A model generated the notes under the pieces. The model did not search any database. It was given only the letters and a program-made list of their open reading frames with translations, and was not told the DNA's origin. This document shows, in pieces, positions 18,629 through 35,619 of a stretch of DNA of 64,000 bases. The position numbers and the translations under genes are program-made. Positions within the stretch are counted from its first letter, which is position 1; each line of letters opens with the position of its first letter. The stretch lies in NCBI RefSeq assembly GCF_009914755.1, contig NC_060944.1; one strand, given 5' to 3'. This DNA is from the human T2T-CHM13v2.0 reference genome, Homo sapiens.

Positions 18629-18762
18629 TTTTTATTTTTATTTTAAAGAGATGGGGTCTCCCTATGTTGCCCAGGCTGGTCTTGAACTCCTGGACTCAAG
18701 CTGTCTTCTGACCTCAGCTCCCAAAGTGCTGTGATTACTGGCATGAGCTACCATGCCTGGCG
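18629..18762 (-). mobile_element. FLAM / Alu left monomer
   Basis: Left-arm consensus. Confidence 0.85.
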
Positions 18763-18766
18763 TCCG

Positions 18767-19030
<264 letters not shown>

Positions 19031-19149
19031 ACATATTTTTAAGTTAAAGTAATTTAAAGAGACAATAATTTTCTTGAGAGATAAATCGCAAATAAATTTT
19101 TTGAGAGATAAGTCACAAAAATATTTGAATTTGCAAGTTTATAATAGCC

Positions 19150-19390
19150 TGAATGTAACATGGTAGTCTGGGTTTGATCCTAGACAAGGATATTAGTGGA
19201 AAAACTGGGGAAATCCAGGAAGCCTGGAGTTTAGTTAATAGTCTTTGTCCAATATTAATTTCTTAGTTTGGACAAATGTACCCTTGGTAGGCAAGATGTT
19301 ACTGTTAGGGGAAGTGAGGTGACAGGAGCTCTCTGTATTAACTTTGCAACTTTTCTATACTTCTAACAATTATTCCAGCTAAAAAGTATA
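19150..19390 (+). mobile_element. L1MC/MD 3' end fragment
   Basis: attagtggaaaaactgg..gtttagttaatagt..ttgcaacttttct. Confidence 0.7.
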
Positions 19391-19815
19391 TTTTAAATGA
19401 GTGTTGAAGGCTATTTTTCAGATCTGTAAACACACTCCCAATGCGGTTAGGCAAACATGGGAAACACCTGGCCATGGCCACATTATGGTAAAAAGAAAAA
19501 AAAGATCTCTGTGATCCTTCTGCTGGACAAAAGGGTATATTTAGCCTCAGATTTTTTGCGGTGACCTTTGCATTCTGAAATGAATTAGAGGTTTACGTGT
19601 CAGAATGTAAAGAGCAGGAAACCAGGAAGTTGATGGGGAACGACTTTCCTGTTGTATTTCACTTGTTTACATACAGCAGCATCACCGAGAGCAGAGATTT
19701 TGCTAGATTATGTTGACATCACATATCCCTGATCCACCACTGGGGGCTGAAAGCAGCATGCACCACCCCCAGCCAAACTGCTGGAAATTCCTGCATGAAA
19801 TTTCAATCGCATGGT

Positions 19816-19902
19816 TTAGCTGTATTATTATTATTATTATTAGCTGGGTTATTATTGTTATTATTAGCCGTATTATTATTATCATTATTTTAGCTGAGTT
19901 AT
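19816..19902. repeat. Compound (ATT)n repeat with ~24-bp period
   Basis: ttagcYg at 19816, 19840, 19864, 19890. Confidence 0.85.
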
Positions 19903-22084
19903 CTTAATTTGCTCTTTTTCTCTGGCTATTTTGATCTGAAATGAATTACTTATCTTTTCTCTTGTGGGCAGTAAAGAAGTTCTTTTTGTCTCAAATACAA
20001 TCTAAGATAAATTTTGGAAAGCAAACCATGCTCCTTGACAAACAACTTCGTGTTCACCTCTCTTCATGGTAAACATTGGAAATGTGAACATCTCTGTTTG
20101 TCTCTCGTTTGTTCTTTAACAAATGTAACATTTTCAATACAGATAACAAAAAGTCCAATTTCAGAGAATTCTGCCTATCTAGCTCACCCCTCTATACCAG
20201 GATCATCAGCATCAGACACTCATATTTGTAGGATAGACAAATGAAGAGGAAGAAAATGTCATATAATATTCTTGCATTTAAGATCTTTAGGAAGGATAAA
20301 AGCATATTTCTCTGCAGGAATGTTAAAGTAGCATATTTGACAATGTGATTACAGGAGAGTATGTGTTGCCTTTAATATTCGTTTTTTAGGAATAGTCTTT
20401 ATTCTAAGCCATTTCCATGTTAATTTGAGGAAGAGGTTATTTTCCACCTTATCACTCAAATCTGACGATGTTTGGCTTCTCAGAAATATCAAAATGCTTA
20501 CATTTTGTTTTCATTCGTGAAACAAATGTATGGGTTTTGGTTGGGCTTGGACTCAAATGGCATTTTAAAACAGGAGCATATGTTTCGGGAGCAATTAGCG
20601 ATTGTTTAATATAACGACCCTGCAGGCTGGAAAGGCTGCAGGTCAGAATTGTTAACAGGCAAAGCAATGAAAAATAGTAAAGCATTAGCAGATAGCGTAA
20701 ATAGTCAAATTTGACCTCCAAAGGTCAAGAGAGAACTAAATAATTTGGTCGCAGCACTGACTGATTTAAATCAATGCAATCCCAATTTCCTTTTTTGCCG
20801 GTTTGCCTTTGGTATTCCACGGTCTAGTACTCGCCAGGAGTCAGGAGAGAGAACAGGGTAGGGTCTACTCAGTGATATAATTTTACTAAATGTGGGTGGT
20901 TTCGAGAGAAAAAATAGCCAAAAGTATTTCAAGGACCAAATGAAATTATTTAAACAGAACGCCATTGTGTCTGTCCTCTTAACTACTTGGTTTTGTTTCT
21001 CTAAGGATGATTTATGATGGTAACACCGATACAAATACATAATTAACCATGGGAGCATTTTGCATCTCAGGTTTCCCACATTTTTTCTCATTTGTAGGCT
21101 TCTTAGATTTAAAATTATACCTTTACCCTATGAAACTGAAAAATCAGCAAAATTCGTAAATTGCTAGACCAAATAAGTTTTTATCTTTTTTAAAGTGTGA
21201 AAAAATGATCCCCTGAATTCTTTTGGATTTCTACCTAATTTTTTTTTTTTAGTGGAATGATTCCCTCCCTCTTGACTGCTTCTGTCTTCTATTTTTTCAT
21301 GTAGGACTCTTCTTCGTCATCCCTCACATAGATAATATGTGGCTTACTCAAATTTATTTTTAAGGTACTATATCCTGTTTTGATCAGGAAAAGTATATTT
21401 TAAAGAAAAAAAAATCTTTTGGTGATTACAAAATCACTTTAAGACCCAGGGGGAACTATGCCTCAGTGACAAAACAAATTTGCCACAAATCATTGTACAA
21501 AAGAACAGCAGGACCTAAGCCTAAACTCGGGGACCGCTCCCATTCATCTTTCATTTGTTTTGGAAACTCCACCCTCCTCCTGCCATGTTCAATATCTAAT
21601 TGGCATTCTGACCCTTCAGATAACTCAACATCTGCTACTCTGATGCATCTTGGAAACTCTTTGTTCCCGTAAGGCGGAGTTCAAGGGGCTCTCTTCACTG
21701 ATACACAAGATTCATGCATGCTATTGTGTACGCAGCTTCTGGTGCTGAATGGAGACAAAACTTTTGCAAGCTAATATGAAAAATGAAGTGACTCTCATAT
21801 TCTAACCAAATCATCTTCAGCAGGTTTAAAATTATGCATGGCTGGACAAGACAGCAGTGCATTAACCAAACAATTAAGCTTCGCTTCTTTCATAAGCAAT
21901 TTAAGGCTGGAATCCACGTATCTATTTTTACTGTGACTTGTTTGCATATTTTGGCCTGATAGCCTTTGTTTTTCTCTATTATGAGGCAACATATGTACTG
22001 ATGTTTAATCTCCTAAAACAGATTATGTAGATATAAACTAGGATTTTTTTTTAAGCAGAATCACACAGGTGATTGATTTTTCAA

Positions 22085-22270
22085 TGTATTATTTCATTGA
22101 ATCCAAGATACTACAAACTGTACATTTTAGAATTATTTTTAGGTACTATAAAGAAAGAAAAACTTATACTAACCAATCTGTGATATGCCTTTGATTCTAA
22201 GACGTAGGCCTAATATCTGAGATGTAAAAATGTGAAAAAAAATGCATATCTGGGACTGATGCAATTTGCT
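22085..22270 (-). mobile_element. MER104/Kanga-like (TcMar-Tc2) relic
   Basis: gattctaagacg..gagatgtaaaaatgtgaaaaaaa. Confidence 0.55.
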
Positions 22271-22841
22271 AGTAGGTGCACACCCTCGCACAGTTTTGTG
22301 GGAGAGATTATGCAATTTATGTTTCTGCAATTTACCAGGAAACCTGCCATCTGCTTCAGCTGTGTTTCTTTCCTTTGGTGGCTGGGTTTTGCTGAGGGAT
22401 GTCCAGTGGCTTTCCTCTACCTTTCGGTTTTCAGACTCATCTAAGGAAGATCCCCTGGTACCACTTGCTAAGATTGTGTACCCTGGGCTGCAAGTCAGAA
22501 TCACAGTATGGGCAACTGGTTTCCTTTTATTATTTTACTGAGCAGCTTGGTTTAGGGTCAGTAGGATTTTATTATCTTCTGGGAAGAATTAAAAGACCCA
22601 CAATGAGCTGAGAAGGTTTTCGGTCCTTTTTTTAAAAGTGTCAGCCATATTTCCCCCCATAATACTTGCATGTGAAAGTTATCTTAAGTTTTGTACCAGC
22701 CTAGAAGATTCTACTAGTCTATTGCTAATAGTTTAGGCTTCAGGAGAAGCCAACAAAAGGGTATGAGAAATAATCAAGCCATCAGGAATGTAGGGAAGTT
22801 TTACCAAAAACAACAAAAAAACAAAAAAAATCAAGTAACTG

Positions 22842-23176
<335 letters not shown>

Positions 23177-23189
23177 TCATGAGGGGTGT

Positions 23190-23355
23190 TATGTTTTGGT
23201 TCAAATCTCTGCTCTGCCTTTTTCTAGCTAGGAGACTTTTGGGCAAAGGTTTGCATTTTTGTAATAGGGAGCAATATTCACCTAGCAAGATTAAATGAGT
23301 GAATGCATATAACATGTTTAGCTGAGTGTTCTGTGCATATTGTTAATTGTCATTA
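23190..23355 (+). mobile_element. MIR
   Basis: ggttcaaatctctgctctgcc..gattaaatgag. Confidence 0.6.
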
Positions 23356-23579
23356 TTCCTGCTTTTGTTAGACACAGTCGCTTTTGACCCAAAGCTGCCA
23401 AAATTTCATGCTGGTTCCCAAACAGATGCACTGTTCTCCTGACATAGCCTGGAATTCCTCAAAGGGTAAACTCTCACTACTGTTATTAGGATTATTATGA
23501 GTAATGTGCTTTTCTTTGTCTCTGTCAGTCCTTCCTTCAAAACTGTAAATCAGTATTTTTCTATATCTAGCTGCAATAA

Positions 23580-23958
<379 letters not shown>

Positions 23959-24312
23959 TGAGTATTATTTTCTAGGGCTTTTATTGTTTAAATGCTGGTC
24001 TTTCTTTCCTAATAAGTTGAAACAGCTACATAATCAATGACCTATCTTTTGGTCTTCATCCATCATTGTCATCTTTTGACTATGAGCATTATTTGTTAAA
24101 ATTTCTGAACAGGGTGAAACATGCTGATAATCAGAGATTTTGCTTTGGCTTGATACATTTCTGTGTGTGAACAACTGGGGACAAAAAGATAAAAGAGACA
24201 TGGTTTTTGCTGGGGAGAAATGCATAGTAGGGAGGGCAAAACCCCCAACCCAGCTATTTAATTTATTTACTTTTTAGGACCTTTTAAAACATCTCATTAG
24301 CCACCAGACAGG

Positions 24313-24800
24313 CAGGGCTGGGACTAGAGGGAGGCAGAAAATTTAAGGGGCTGTAAAAAAAACTCAGTAATCAAGATAAATAATATTTCATTGCAATGTT
24401 TTGCTCTGCCACTTTTTAGCTATGCGGCTTTGGACAAATTACTCACCTTTTATGTCTAATCTGTCAAATGGAAGGAATGTTCACCTGAGTTGTTATGGAT
24501 TAAATGAGGTTCAACATTTCCTGATCTGAAATGCTTGGAGCCAGAAGTACTTCGGTTTTGGAATATTTTCAGATTTTGGAATATTTCCATTATACTTGAA
24601 TTTGAAAACCTGAAATCTGAAATCTCCAGTGAGCATTTCCTTTGAGTGTCATGTGGGTGTTCAAGAAAGCTTCAGCCTTTGGAGCATTTTGGATTTGTGA
24701 TATTTAACCAGTAATACATACAATTGCTCAGTGCCCAACAAAAGTCCAAGATGAGCGAAATTCCAAAATTTTAGATAAAGAACAGAATCTGTGAGCAAGA
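24313..24800 (+). mobile_element. MER96B-like hAT relic with nested MIR and Tigger4
   Basis: cagggctgggactag..aactcagtaatcaagataaataat; resumes ~24735. Confidence 0.6.
24507..24713. mobile_element. Tigger4a/MER46 (Zombi)
   Basis: gaaatgcttgg..gagcatttcctttgagtgtcatgt. Confidence 0.75.
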
Positions 24801-24960
24801 TTTCACTGAGTGAGTTTTGAAAAAAATCCAAATGGGTCATTTGGAGCAAAATAACTAACAAGGATTCTGATGCCAAGTAAGGGCAGGCAAGCAAGGCTTG
24901 TGCGGATCGTCCTTGTCTCCTCTTTTCTCCTCTCCTTTGTTAAAAACAGGTATCAGGCTG

Positions 24961-25583
<623 letters not shown>

Positions 25584-25585
25584 GG

Positions 25586-25888
25586 TGACCGGACACAGTG
25601 GCTCATGCCTGCAATCCCAGCACTTTGGGAAGCCGAGATGGGTGGATAGCCTGAGGTCAGGAGTTCAAGACCAGCCTGGCCAACATGGTGAAATCCCATC
25701 TCTACTAAAATACAAAAATTAGCCAGGTGTGGTGGCGGGTGTCTGTAATCCCAGCTGCTCAGGAGGCTGAGGCAGGAGAATTGCTTGAACCTAGGAGGTG
25801 GAGGTTGCAGTGAGCCAAGATTATGTCACTGCACTCCAGCCTGGGCAACAGAGTGAGACTCCATCTCAAAAAGAAAAGGAAAAAAAAA
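25586..25888 (+). mobile_element. AluSx
   Basis: Full Alu. Confidence 0.92.
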
Positions 25889-25919
25889 GGGGAGGGGGTT
25901 ATCAAGCAGTGCATAGGAT

Positions 25920-26095
25920 CTAAAATTTGATTTCCTTAAGTTCAAATTCTGGATCTATGACTTATTAGCTGGGTGGCCTTAAGAAATTTACTTAACCTCT
26001 CTGAACCACACTTTCCTCATCTGTAAAAGAGGGGCAATGAAATAGATCTCACATAAGGACTAAATGAGATCGTCTGTGGAGAGCAAGCACTCAGT
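25920..26095 (+). mobile_element. MIR
   Basis: acttaacctctctg..tttcctcatctgtaaaa. Confidence 0.75.
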
Positions 26096-26246
26096 CAGGG
26101 GCAGCGGTGTTGCTAACGAGACAGTGCAACCCAAAAAAGAAAACCATCATCTCAGTTTACTCAGCTTCTGCTTGCCACTGACGGTGCCGGCCACCACTTT
26201 CTGAAGGGCGTCTCTGCCTCATCCATGCAGATAAGATTGTGTTCAT

Positions 26247-26534
<288 letters not shown>

Positions 26535-26607
26535 GAGAATGTGTTCATGATTTAGTGCACTTACAAAGCATGGCCAGGTCACAGAACCAACTGATGTAGA
26601 ACTCTGA

Positions 26608-26901
<294 letters not shown>

Positions 26902-27019
26902 TGAATAGTACTACGGACCCTCATAGGCCATTATCCAGATTCAGTAATTAAGATTTTGCAACACTTACTTCAGAGAGTCTCCTCTCCTTACCCCACCTTT
27001 ATATTTTAAAGCATATCAC

Positions 27020-27578
<559 letters not shown>

Positions 27579-30309
27579 GCATCCTTGACTTCGTGTCATT
27601 TTACCCTATACACTTAGTATTCATCAATGTTTTTAAAGTTTATTAAAGAAAACTCCCACACAATGCCATTATCTTGTCCAACAAAACAAACAATGTTTCC
27701 TTGATATCATCTACTACCCAAAGGTCCTCAGCATCTCAAAAATGCCTGCTTTACCCTGGATTTGATGGAATCAGGATCCAAGCAAGATCTGCCCCACTGC
27801 ATTTGGTTGTCAAATGAAACCCTTTTCTATAAGAACTCTCAGCAGGCAACTGTTGAATTTCTAAACTCTTCAGTTTCTCTGGCTCACAAGCACAGAACAC
27901 AAACAAACAAACAAAATCCCAACCTATTTTTCAAACTTGTTATTCAAGGGGAAGAGTGTCAAGCTAGAGGCCCTGCAAGCAGCAGAAGGGGCGGTTAAGA
28001 AGTGTGTTGGGAGAGATTGTGTTCCTTCGCAGCATGGTGAGCCTCCCAGACTGGATCCAACCTCGTATCCAGGTGTTGGGCCTCAATCCCACTTGAGCCG
28101 TTGTTTATCGCCCTCCCGTGGATTAATCCCCTGTCAGTTAGGCCAGAGAAGCTCTGGAGAAGGCCTGCGTAGCATCCCATGTGTCAAGGCCCCCTTTGAT
28201 ACACTTTATCTGCCCTTATCCCTTCAGACGCGCCATGACTCCTCTGCTGGTCATGGCCTCGGAGCTTTAGAATCTCTGCACAGTGACTGACATCCCTCCT
28301 ATGGAGGAAAGGCAGGGGATTTTTCTTTTTTGGACGGCAATCATTGTTGATCTGATAAGATGTTTTTCAGGGAATCAAATGTCAAACCGGGAGTGCTGTG
28401 AGTCCGGGATGAAGTAGCAGTTACAGGACTAAGCAGCTTTGCCTATTCATTTTGACTGCAAGGACACCTCCTTGGTCTTGTCGAAACTGTGGACCTCATT
28501 TTGTTTATTTATTTATTTATTTTTGGATGGGGAGAGGGTGATCCAGAAAAAGTGATGCATGAATACGGTTTCAAATCCTTGTGGGAATTAACACATTGTC
28601 ATATATTCAAATTTCAATGCTATACTATCATAACTATTCACCCGAGGAAAAAGGAAGGTTACTGCATTTTGTTGTACAATAAATATAAATGTAGTAATGT
28701 TAATTAATTAAATCAATGTGGTTGGTTGCATGTTGTTTTTTAGTGGTGACTGCTGCTCTTATTAGTTTTCATACATTTAAAATGATTGTTTTACAATTTT
28801 CAATCAAATTTTAATTATACAACGAATGCATAAATCCAATTTGTTCTGTAAAAACATGCATGCTTCAGAAATAAAGCTAAAAGTCTTTGATCACCATCCC
28901 TAAATTCAGTCCCCATCCCCTTAAGAGGGATCAGTTGCTATCAGGTTGCTATATACAAATAACAGACCTTTATTTCTATGCAAGTACATCCATACATATG
29001 TTTTAGGCTTAATTCAGAAATTCTTCCTGGAGTCAATATATGTGTGCTTCATAATTTTTGCCTCCTGAAGATCATGGTAATGCATTTCAGGAGCTATTGT
29101 CAAAAAGTGTTAATACACCAATTTGTTGATGCATTGTACAAAATCTAGCCAGCTGTACACATCTTGGCAGGTGTACCCAAATGAACCACTCTTGTTCCCT
29201 CTGGAACAAAATTGGAATTGTTAGACAGAATTCCAATATGATACTGAACATCAACATGTTTGAACAAATGCTGAAAATGGCAATTCTCTCACCTCCAGCC
29301 TTAAATCTTAGATTCCTAAAATTGACCATCGAAGTTGAATGAAAATAAATTTTCCTAAAGCAAGGAGCCCCATTCACCTAACTTCTGCCCTCTCCTGTTA
29401 ATAACATTTTGCATTATTTTACCCCCTTTATTAAACATATTGAAGAGAAGATGAAACTGGAATAAGATCATTCTTAACCAATATGTTTTGAGTTTTCTAG
29501 TGAAAAACAGAAATCATTTAACATGATTTTTATCTGACACAATCTTCAAAATTTCCCCAAGCCAATTTTTCTTTTTCGAATATATATAAATTCTGCTGCT
29601 TTTAAGTGATACTTGTCCATTATTAAATTCCTGACGCCGTGCATCCCTGCCAAAAAAACAGGATTAGAGAAGTAAAACAGTCAGACACAGATGTTTTTAA
29701 TTTCCTCCTAATAGAAAGCATCAGAAACCCAAGTTCGCATAATTCTAATAAACATAATTATCACTAACGTGTATTTCACATATCATTCAAAGCACTTGGC
29801 ATGTATTATCTCATTTCTTGTCAAAATTACCCTAGGAGGTAGATACTACTACTCCAGAAATGCTAAATCTAAGCATTGGGTAAACTGGACAGATCTATGT
29901 CCTCCCCTTGTCAGAGCTGACATTTTAGGGGCAAATAGATTAATTAATAAGAAAACAAATGAATACACCAAATCCTCTCAAAGAGTGACTAGCACTAAGA
30001 AGACCTAGTGGGACCATCTTTTATCTTCAGAAAAACATGGCATGCAGTCATACTGCCTTTCTGTAGATGAAGAAATTGAGGCGCTGACAAAGTGCCTAAG
30101 GCCACAAAGGTGACAAGCGGCAGGCAGAACTAAAGATGGCATCTATGAGTTTGTAACTTTTTGATGCAATTTTTGATGCATGGAAGATTGCATAATTATT
30201 ATTGGATCCCTTCTCTTTCCCCACTACCTTCCCACTGGGAAACCAAATAAAGCTATCCCAACCCACCAAGTATAATTTTTATATTTTTGTCAAAGCAAGA
30301 GGGTCAAAA

Positions 30310-30830
30310 TGTTTCAATCGCTCAACCACTATTTCTTGAGTAACTTCTGTGTAGTTGGTTGCCTGGAATGGTTTAGTGAACTGGACAGACATACTCACAC
30401 AGAGTGCACTGTCTAGTGGGAGATGTGACAGGTAGCCTGCGAATTAATGAACCAGTACATATGATGAAGAGCAATGCATATTATGAAGAAGTAAACTGGG
30501 AACGTGGGTAGAAAATGACTTGAGTGGGTGCATGTGAGGGTTTAGCAGGATGGTCAGGGAAGGCTCTCTGAGGAGGTGAATTCTGAGCTGAAAGCTGAAT
30601 GATGAGATTATGCAAAAAACGTGGGGGAAGCGCATTCTAGGATGGGGGATTAGCACATACAAAGCCCCTGCTGTGGGAACCAGCTTGGCATGTTCAAGGA
30701 TAGCAAGAAGGCCAGTGTGGCTGACAGAGGGAGGGAGGCAGAGAGAGAGGCCAGATCGGAGGGTGCAGGTCCTTGTGGACACTCTAAGGAGGATGGAATT
30801 TATTGGAGGGGCCATGGGAGTGATACGATC
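30310..30830 (-). mobile_element. L2 fragment
   Basis: ggtcagggaaggctctctgaggaggtga..agcaagaaggccagtgtggctg. Confidence 0.75.
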
Positions 30831-31061
30831 CAATGAACACAAGTTGTGGTACAACACACTGTTGCATAGTGTTGACGTGGAACATCCCAGATAGTGAGGA
30901 ATTTGGCACAAGAACTGCTGAATCTCAGGGTCTCAAAAAGTATAGCTAAGCCCTATCTCCTATAGGACACCCACGCAGGGCTCCTAGACAGGCATCACGC
31001 AGACTCCAGTGGCTTTGAACACTTCATCCAAATTTATTTATTTTTTAAAATTTTTATTCTT

Positions 31062-31349
31062 GGCCAGGTGCGGTGGCTTATGCCTGTAATCCCAGCACTT
31101 TGGGAGGCCGAGGTGGGTGGATCACGAGGTCAGGAGATCGAGACCATCCTGGCTAACACGGTGAAACCCCGTCTCTACTAAAAATAAAAAAAAATTATCT
31201 GGGTGTGGTGGTGGGCACCTATAGTCCCAGGCTGAGGCAGGAGAATGGCGTGAACCCAGGAGGCGGAGCTTGCAGTGAACCGAGATCGCGCCACTGCACT
31301 CCAGCCTGGGCGACAAAGCGAGACTCTGTCTCAAAAAAAAAAAAAAAAA
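31062..31349 (+). mobile_element. AluY
   Basis: TSD aaaatt(t)tattctt. Confidence 0.92.
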
Positions 31350-31354
31350 TTTAT

Positions 31355-32044
<690 letters not shown>

Positions 32045-33014
32045 TTAGGTTCTGCTAAAATTACCATTTCGAGTATTAGAAATCAAAAAACCTAGAAGGG
32101 AAAAACGTAAATGACATATAATAAGAGACTTTGGGGAGCATTTAAATATGGCATTGTATATCCTGTTGCGCATTCTTTGAATAAGTTCACTGCATTAAAG
32201 GGCTCCCCAGCAACCTGGCTCCATTGATCTCTTCTGAGGAGGGAACAGGAAAATGGGGCCTGAAGGAGGACTTTTCCCTGCATATCCTTGCGCCTTTTAA
32301 GTTTTGTAACATAAGACTCTTTGACCCTGCTTTAAAAAAGGAAAGTTATATAGACAAATAAATAAATGTATTACTCATATTTTTATCAGTTAAATAGGCA
32401 GAACTGCTCGTTGGTGCATTGTCTTAAATGCGTCTTAAGCTGGTTTGGTTTTCGTTAGACTTTGAGAATGCTTTTCCTTGTTATAATTCCACTGAACGCC
32501 TATCAAATACAGCCCCTTGACTGAATTCTCTTGTAAAATAAAATCTTTCTTAATCCAAAGTGGAATGAATGGCAAATAACATAAAAGTTAAGCTATTAGT
32601 TGATTATACACCATGTTTAATCTATTGTATTCCTTAATGGGTGTTTTCGTTGTTCCTGTTTAGCGAGAATTATATGAAATCATCACCAAGACCTCATTTA
32701 CTTGGAGTGATTTATTTTGGGGAAAACCAGATGTTTGGGATGGCTGATAACGCATGAAAAGCTGCATTCTTTGCTGTTCGTTTTCTAAGGGTGTGTTAGG
32801 CAATGATGACAAATATTAAGGTACCACATTACTCTGTCTTACTGACATGCCCGTGACTGATCTTTTTTATCAGTTAGTTAAAAACACACACAAAGAAAGA
32901 AAATTTAATAAAAAGCTTTAAATGTGTGCACAGTTCAAGAAGTTAATTTAGATTTAGATTGCTAACCTATCCTTTGTGTTTAAAAATTTTTAACAAAAAC
33001 CTCACACACTGATA

Positions 33015-33016
<2 letters not shown>

Positions 33017-33054
<38 letters not shown>
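33017..33054. repeat. (AC)19 microsatellite
   Basis: Perfect dinucleotide run. Confidence 0.95.
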
Positions 33055-33056
<2 letters not shown>

Positions 33057-33861
33057 CTACAATCTGTTGGAAATATTTCTAAAGGACCACCTTGGGTCAG
33101 GAAAAAAACATGCTTTGGCTGCTTGGTTTGAATAAGTGGTATAATTGCTATTTGTCTATTTTTAAAATTCCAATTCTTATTGAATTAGGCACACGGACCC
33201 TGATGAAGCTGCAGGAAACAGCTGAACTACTTGTGTGGCTAATTTCAGAAATTCAAAGAAAATGCAAACTTGAGTGTGTCACATAACATGTTTACGGCAA
33301 CATGCAGAAGGGAGATGGCTTTGGCCATTGACTTGATTTCTCTCCTTGTATCCAGATAATCCTGCAGGTGAAATGTGATGATTCTCCAAAAATTGAGCTG
33401 GGAGAGTCCAAGATCCACACCCAGGGCCCACAAGGGCCACCTGCCCCTTCAACTCTGCCACAACTGTGGGTCCAGTCCCAGCACCGGGAGATTTCCCATC
33501 CAATGAAGGAAGCCTTCCAGTCCACCCTGGGGCTGCAGACCAGGCAACCCAAGGTACAGCTGAGCAATGATTCATTCGCCAGCCTTAGACTTATTTCTAC
33601 CCCTCTGGCACTGCTGGCCATACCTGAGTCTTCAAATTATGTTCTCCACGTGTTTTGAATGCAGGCACTGTCTCAGTGCCAAGTGCAGGGTGTACTTTGC
33701 CATCCAAGGATAACAGTATCATGGGGAGAGCTTCTCTCACCTTACACGGAACTCATTCAGAGATAGAAGCGTCCAGACTTTTCTGAGCAAAACCTTATTT
33801 TTGATTTCCAGTGCTAGAAATAGAAAATAGTGGGCAGATCATCTGTCTCCACCAAAGGTCA

Positions 33862-34368
<507 letters not shown>

Positions 34369-34798
34369 TCACTGGGGATAGTGAAGTTTCTCCTTTTTGT
34401 GTTTTGTAATGTGAGTGAGGGACTTCGATGACTCCAACCACATGACTGGGGAGTGAGGCCCCGGTGTACTCCAGTGCAAGCACTGAGGCTGTGTCAACAA
34501 GACTAAACACAGACGAAAACTGAAAGATTCAGTAAGTCAACACTTTGGGGTTTGTGGAGGGAGGGAAAGGCCATTGATGACTCAGACTGAATAGGTCTCT
34601 CCCTTGAATTAATTTATTACTATTATTTAAAAATCTACAAGAATGAGAGCAGCTGCTACCTTGTGTCAGGCCCGGTTCTGAATGCTTTACAAACATGAAC
34701 TCAATTACATCTCATGGTAACTTTTCTTATCTGCATTTGAATGATGAGGGAATCAAGTCATGAGAGGGATTATAAACTGGTCTATGGCCCCTCTTTGA

Positions 34799-35113
<315 letters not shown>

Positions 35114-35482
35114 TAGGTTTTCACTTACAAAGAGTTTAGAAGGTTGGTAAAATTCATATAAAATGAAAACTTCTGGCTTTTCTTTAAAAAATGGAAAAAT
35201 TGGGTGGTTTGGGGCCTGCATTTCTGCATGGGGACCATTGTCTGGATCACGGGGGCAACAGCGAGAGGCTGACTGGCAAGACACACAGACACAGCCCCTG
35301 GAGAGAGAATGGCCTTCGTCGTCACCAGAGTTCCTGCCTGGCCCACTGCACACATTTCTGACCCATGCCAGGGCCCCCTGAGATCACTGGAGTTGTGACC
35401 CTTATGTTTCAAGCCATTTGAGTTCATTGAAGTGGGCAGATCAGTGGTGGTGGTGATGGAGTCTGAAGAAATTGAGGAGGGA

Positions 35483-35540
35483 ATAAAATATTTGTTGAGT
35501 GAATGAATGAATGAATGAATGAATGAATGAATGAGTGAAT
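35483..35540 (+). repeat. (TGAA)n, L2 3' tail
   Basis: aataaaatatttgttgagtgaatgaatgaa. Confidence 0.8.
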
Positions 35541-35619
35541 ATGTCCCTGGGCTTGGGTTGAGTTTTCTGGGTAGCTTGAAGGATAGAAAATACAAGGAAT
35601 GCCCTAATGTGATGATCTG

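Noticed and set aside
29211-29237. ttggaatt...aattccaa hairpin as a small RNA precursor
   Set aside because: An 8-bp stem is expected by chance and is too short for a pre-miRNA.
33245-33658. Overlapping non-Alu ORFs on both strands
   Set aside because: No recognisable homology; a GC-richer patch readily gives such ORFs.
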